DNA of 64,000 nt from Guillardia theta CCMP2712 (lineage: Eukaryota > Protista > Cryptophyta): the NCBI RefSeq assembly GCF_000315625.1, contig NW_005434671.1, positions 638,188 to 702,187 of the forward strand. Reading direction: 5' to 3'. Positions within the stretch are counted from its first letter, which is position 1. Each line of letters begins with the position of its first letter. The notes below the pieces were generated by a model, which did not search any database, was not told the DNA's origin, and saw nothing but the letters and a program-made list of their open reading frames with translations. A program made the position numbers and the translations under genes. Below are positions 61,439 to 64,000 of this stretch, one piece after another.

Positions 61439-63010
61439 ATGGCGGCAGGGGCTGGGTTAATGGCGTTCCTCGTCCTGCATGGTGCATTCGACCCTCTGAG
61501 CACGAAGAGCAGGCATGTTTCCTCCTCGTGCTTCTTTGCTCCCAGACCTCGAACCATGTCTTCTCTCTTGATGTCAAGCGATATGAAGCGAGGCAGCCAT
61601 GCAGGACTCAAGTATTCGTGCGAAGTTTGTGGCTGCTCATTCGCTCGCCTAAAGAGTCTGAAGGAGCACGAGCAAGGAAAGCAGCACGAGATGAATCTCA
61701 AAGCAGTCCCTCTCATAATTTCTTCATGCGCTGCCTCGTTCAAAATTGCTGAGGGCGTTCTGACCAAGGAAGAAATAAAGCGATGCATAGCGAGCTCATA
61801 TCGGGGGGATGAAACGCTGCCCAACGACGGCGTGGAACTAATCACAGAGAGTCAGGTAGCATTAGAAGTAAAGGTTCTAACCCATCAATTGTGATGAAAT
61901 TTATTGTCAGATCGTTGCAGCATGGAATTGGTTGGACTTGAAGACTTTCCCTTCCATCGATGCCGCCTCTCCTGTGGTCCTTCTACCGAGCTTCTCTACT
62001 CGCATTGATGCATTTTAAGCTACAGACTTATGCAGACCTTTCTCACGTATCAAAAGCAAGATTTTTCAAGTATTTGTCAGAGTTGATACCACAAATCTTT
62101 GGAATCCCTGAAACTTTCGCACTCATCAACTCGCGGTGGATACCCTTCTCTCAAACGTGGTTTCATGATTGACATGTCGAGCAGTCCCTTTGAAAAGCAA
62201 AAGGTTTTCGACGTGTTTGTATGTGGCGAATTGTTTAAGCTCATTGAAGACCTCGTTGTAGCGATTGGGCGGTGACGTCATGCACTATCGCACGACAGAA
62301 ATGATTTTTTAACCACGCAGGGTGCAATCTTGTCGAAAGATCATCATTTTATCATGCCTTGAAGGGCTCCTTCCGTTCTTGCTCAAATGCCGCTTCCCCA
62401 AGATTGAAATTGTTGTTTGAGGCTGCTGTGAAACTCTCTGATCTTCAGGCAGGTCATACAAGGAAACTCACTTGAGCAGAGCACCGGCAGCTGGATCAGC
62501 ACCTTCTGTGAAGTCATTGATGCTGCAAACGGTGTTTGGAGCAAAGAAGATGTCAGCATGAGCTTAACCATGAGGAGTAGTCGTTGCTGGAAAGACGAGC
62601 TTGACCCTGAGACTCTGGTCTTTTGTGGACGGAGTTCGAACCACGAAGTCTTAGAATGTATCACTGAAGCGAAGAAAAAGAGCAGTATTTGGGCTGTTGT
62701 TCCTGACCATGACGAGAATGGATTCTTCAACAAATTTAGAGCAAACCTACACAATGATTCTTTTACATCCGACATTGCATATGCTCTCAGTAGCGGAGTT
62801 CTTGCACACAGGTTAGTCATCCAACCTTCATTATTGTCCATGAACGATTTGTTACCAGATTTCAAGGGCAAATGATATCAGAGATAGACAAGGGGTTGAG
62901 TGACAGATACCTCTTCATTGCAGGTGGACTGAATACTAGCACTAAGCCTTTCGGCATTGGAAGAAAAGTTCGCAGCAAAGTGCGATCACAGCAGTGAGAA
63001 AGATTTGTAA
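61439..63010 (+). CDS. C2H2 zinc-finger-containing protein with putative N-terminal targeting sequence (multi-exon)
   Basis: YSCEVCGCSFARLKSLKEHEQGKQH. Hydrophobic N-terminus followed by an S/R-rich segment. Short introns downstream; 3' end approximate. Confidence 0.6.
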
Positions 63011-63327
63011 ATAATTGTATCGTTTAGACTCTTTTAAAACTGTTTATGAATATTGAGGAAAAGGTGAAGCAACATTCTCAAAACAAAGCGAACGGATTCT
63101 TCGTCGTTACAAGCGCAATGGCTGCAATGCTTTGGTCCATCAGAAGATAGCACATCGACGAACAGCTTCAACTCCGAGATTCGCATCGGAAGGGAAATAC
63201 AATTCACAATGTCCTTTCAAAAAATAGAGATTAACTCCAGAGACCAACCTGTGGAACCTTGTATCGCGAAGTTTTGTACATCTGAGCAGATCATCGTGCA
63301 CGTTCAGTGTAAAAAACGGTCAAGCCT

Positions 63328-64000
63328 TCAGACTCGATGATTTTGCCTCTTGGGCACGGGAGCAAATATTTGCACCCTCCGATTTTTGCAGTCAGCCACA
63401 ACGATATTTCCACTCTCATCGACGGCAACTCCACCCGGCACGTTCAACTCACCGAGTTTCGAGCCACTAGAACCGATTGATCGCACAAACCTCCCGTTGG
63501 CATCAAGTACTTGCAGCCTATGATTCTTAGCATCCGCTACAACAATGTTTCCCGCCTCATCCAATGCCAAACCCATGGGGCAATTGAATTCCCCTTCGCT
63601 CTCTCCTTGCCGCCCCCAAACGCACACGAAGTCGCCGTCGTCAGTAAAGACCTGCAGGCGATTGTTCTGACAATCAGACACAACTATTCTCCCGCTCTTG
63701 TCTACAACCACGCCAACTGGGGCGTTAAGTTCCCCATTGCCATCTCCCGCCTTCCCGAATGTCCTGAGGAAGGTACCATCCGCTGCGAAGACCTGTATCC
63801 GATGATTACCCCAGTCTGACACGAAAATGTTCTGTTTTCCATCGAAAGCAACTCCCATAGGATACATGAGTTCCCCATCCCCCTTGCCCTCTCGCCCCAT
63901 TGTACACGCCATTCCCCCATCCTTGGCAAAAACTTGCACTCGATGATTTCTAGAATCGGCAACAGCAAAACGTCCATGCGAATCGATCGCAATGCCGACC
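63328..64000 (-). CDS. NHL-repeat beta-propeller protein (C-terminal part; runs off the window end)
   Basis: Repeats of GELxxPxGVAxDxxGNIxVxDxxNHRxQVF (at least four). Confidence 0.93.
   Translation of the reverse strand, partial: VGIAIDSHGRFAVADSRNHRVQVFAKDGGMACTMGREGKGDGELMYPMGVAFDGKQNIFVSDWGNHRIQVFAADGTFLRTFGKAGDGNGELNAPVGVVVDKSGRIVVSDCQNNRLQVFTDDGDFVCVWGRQGESEGEFNCPMGLALDEAGNIVVADAKNHRLQVLDANGRFVRSIGSSGSKLGELNVPGGVAVDESGNIVVADCKNRRVQIFAPVPKRQNHRV

Noticed and set aside
1-64000. tRNA or rRNA genes
   Set aside because: None recognisable by eye; a tRNAscan-SE/Infernal run would be needed to exclude them.

Overview
This is eukaryotic nuclear DNA, not prokaryotic. It has many short GT-AG introns, introns filled with purine/pyrimidine microsatellites, and signal peptide + AxA-F/W plastid presequences. 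These features fit an alga with a complex red plastid, most likely a cryptophyte such as Guillardia theta (inference, not searched). The first ~8.8 kb is a nested mobile-element locus. It holds a frameshifted Fanzor (eukaryotic TnpB-like, RNA-guided RuvC nuclease) gene with a structured 3' flank that is a candidate omegaRNA. The Fanzor is truncated by ~6.3 kb of stacked, 5'-truncated and inverted pieces of a CRE-like non-LTR retrotransposon with a restriction-like endonuclease (RLE). The retrotransposon's tail-less 3' end (...CAGTAAATCCTATA) recurs about 15 times in both orientations, including 9-21 nt micro-insertions flanked by target duplications. The rest is gene-dense host sequence. In order: an MPPE1/Cdc1-like metallophosphoesterase, coiled-coil and secreted Cys-rich/TIG proteins, an LRR protein, plastid HCF101, a small secreted protein with an exact 80-aa duplication, an A20/AN1 zinc finger, a plastid 2Fe-2S protein and a Ser-less carboxylesterase. 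These are followed by a four-domain cation channel with an atypical filter (spanning a 100-N gap), an RPGRIP1L-like C2 protein, a coiled-coil protein, a ~15.6 kb gene for a giant secreted repeat protein with recent internal duplications, a C2H2 protein and a partial NHL-repeat gene. Boundaries of multi-exon genes were estimated by eye and are approximate.
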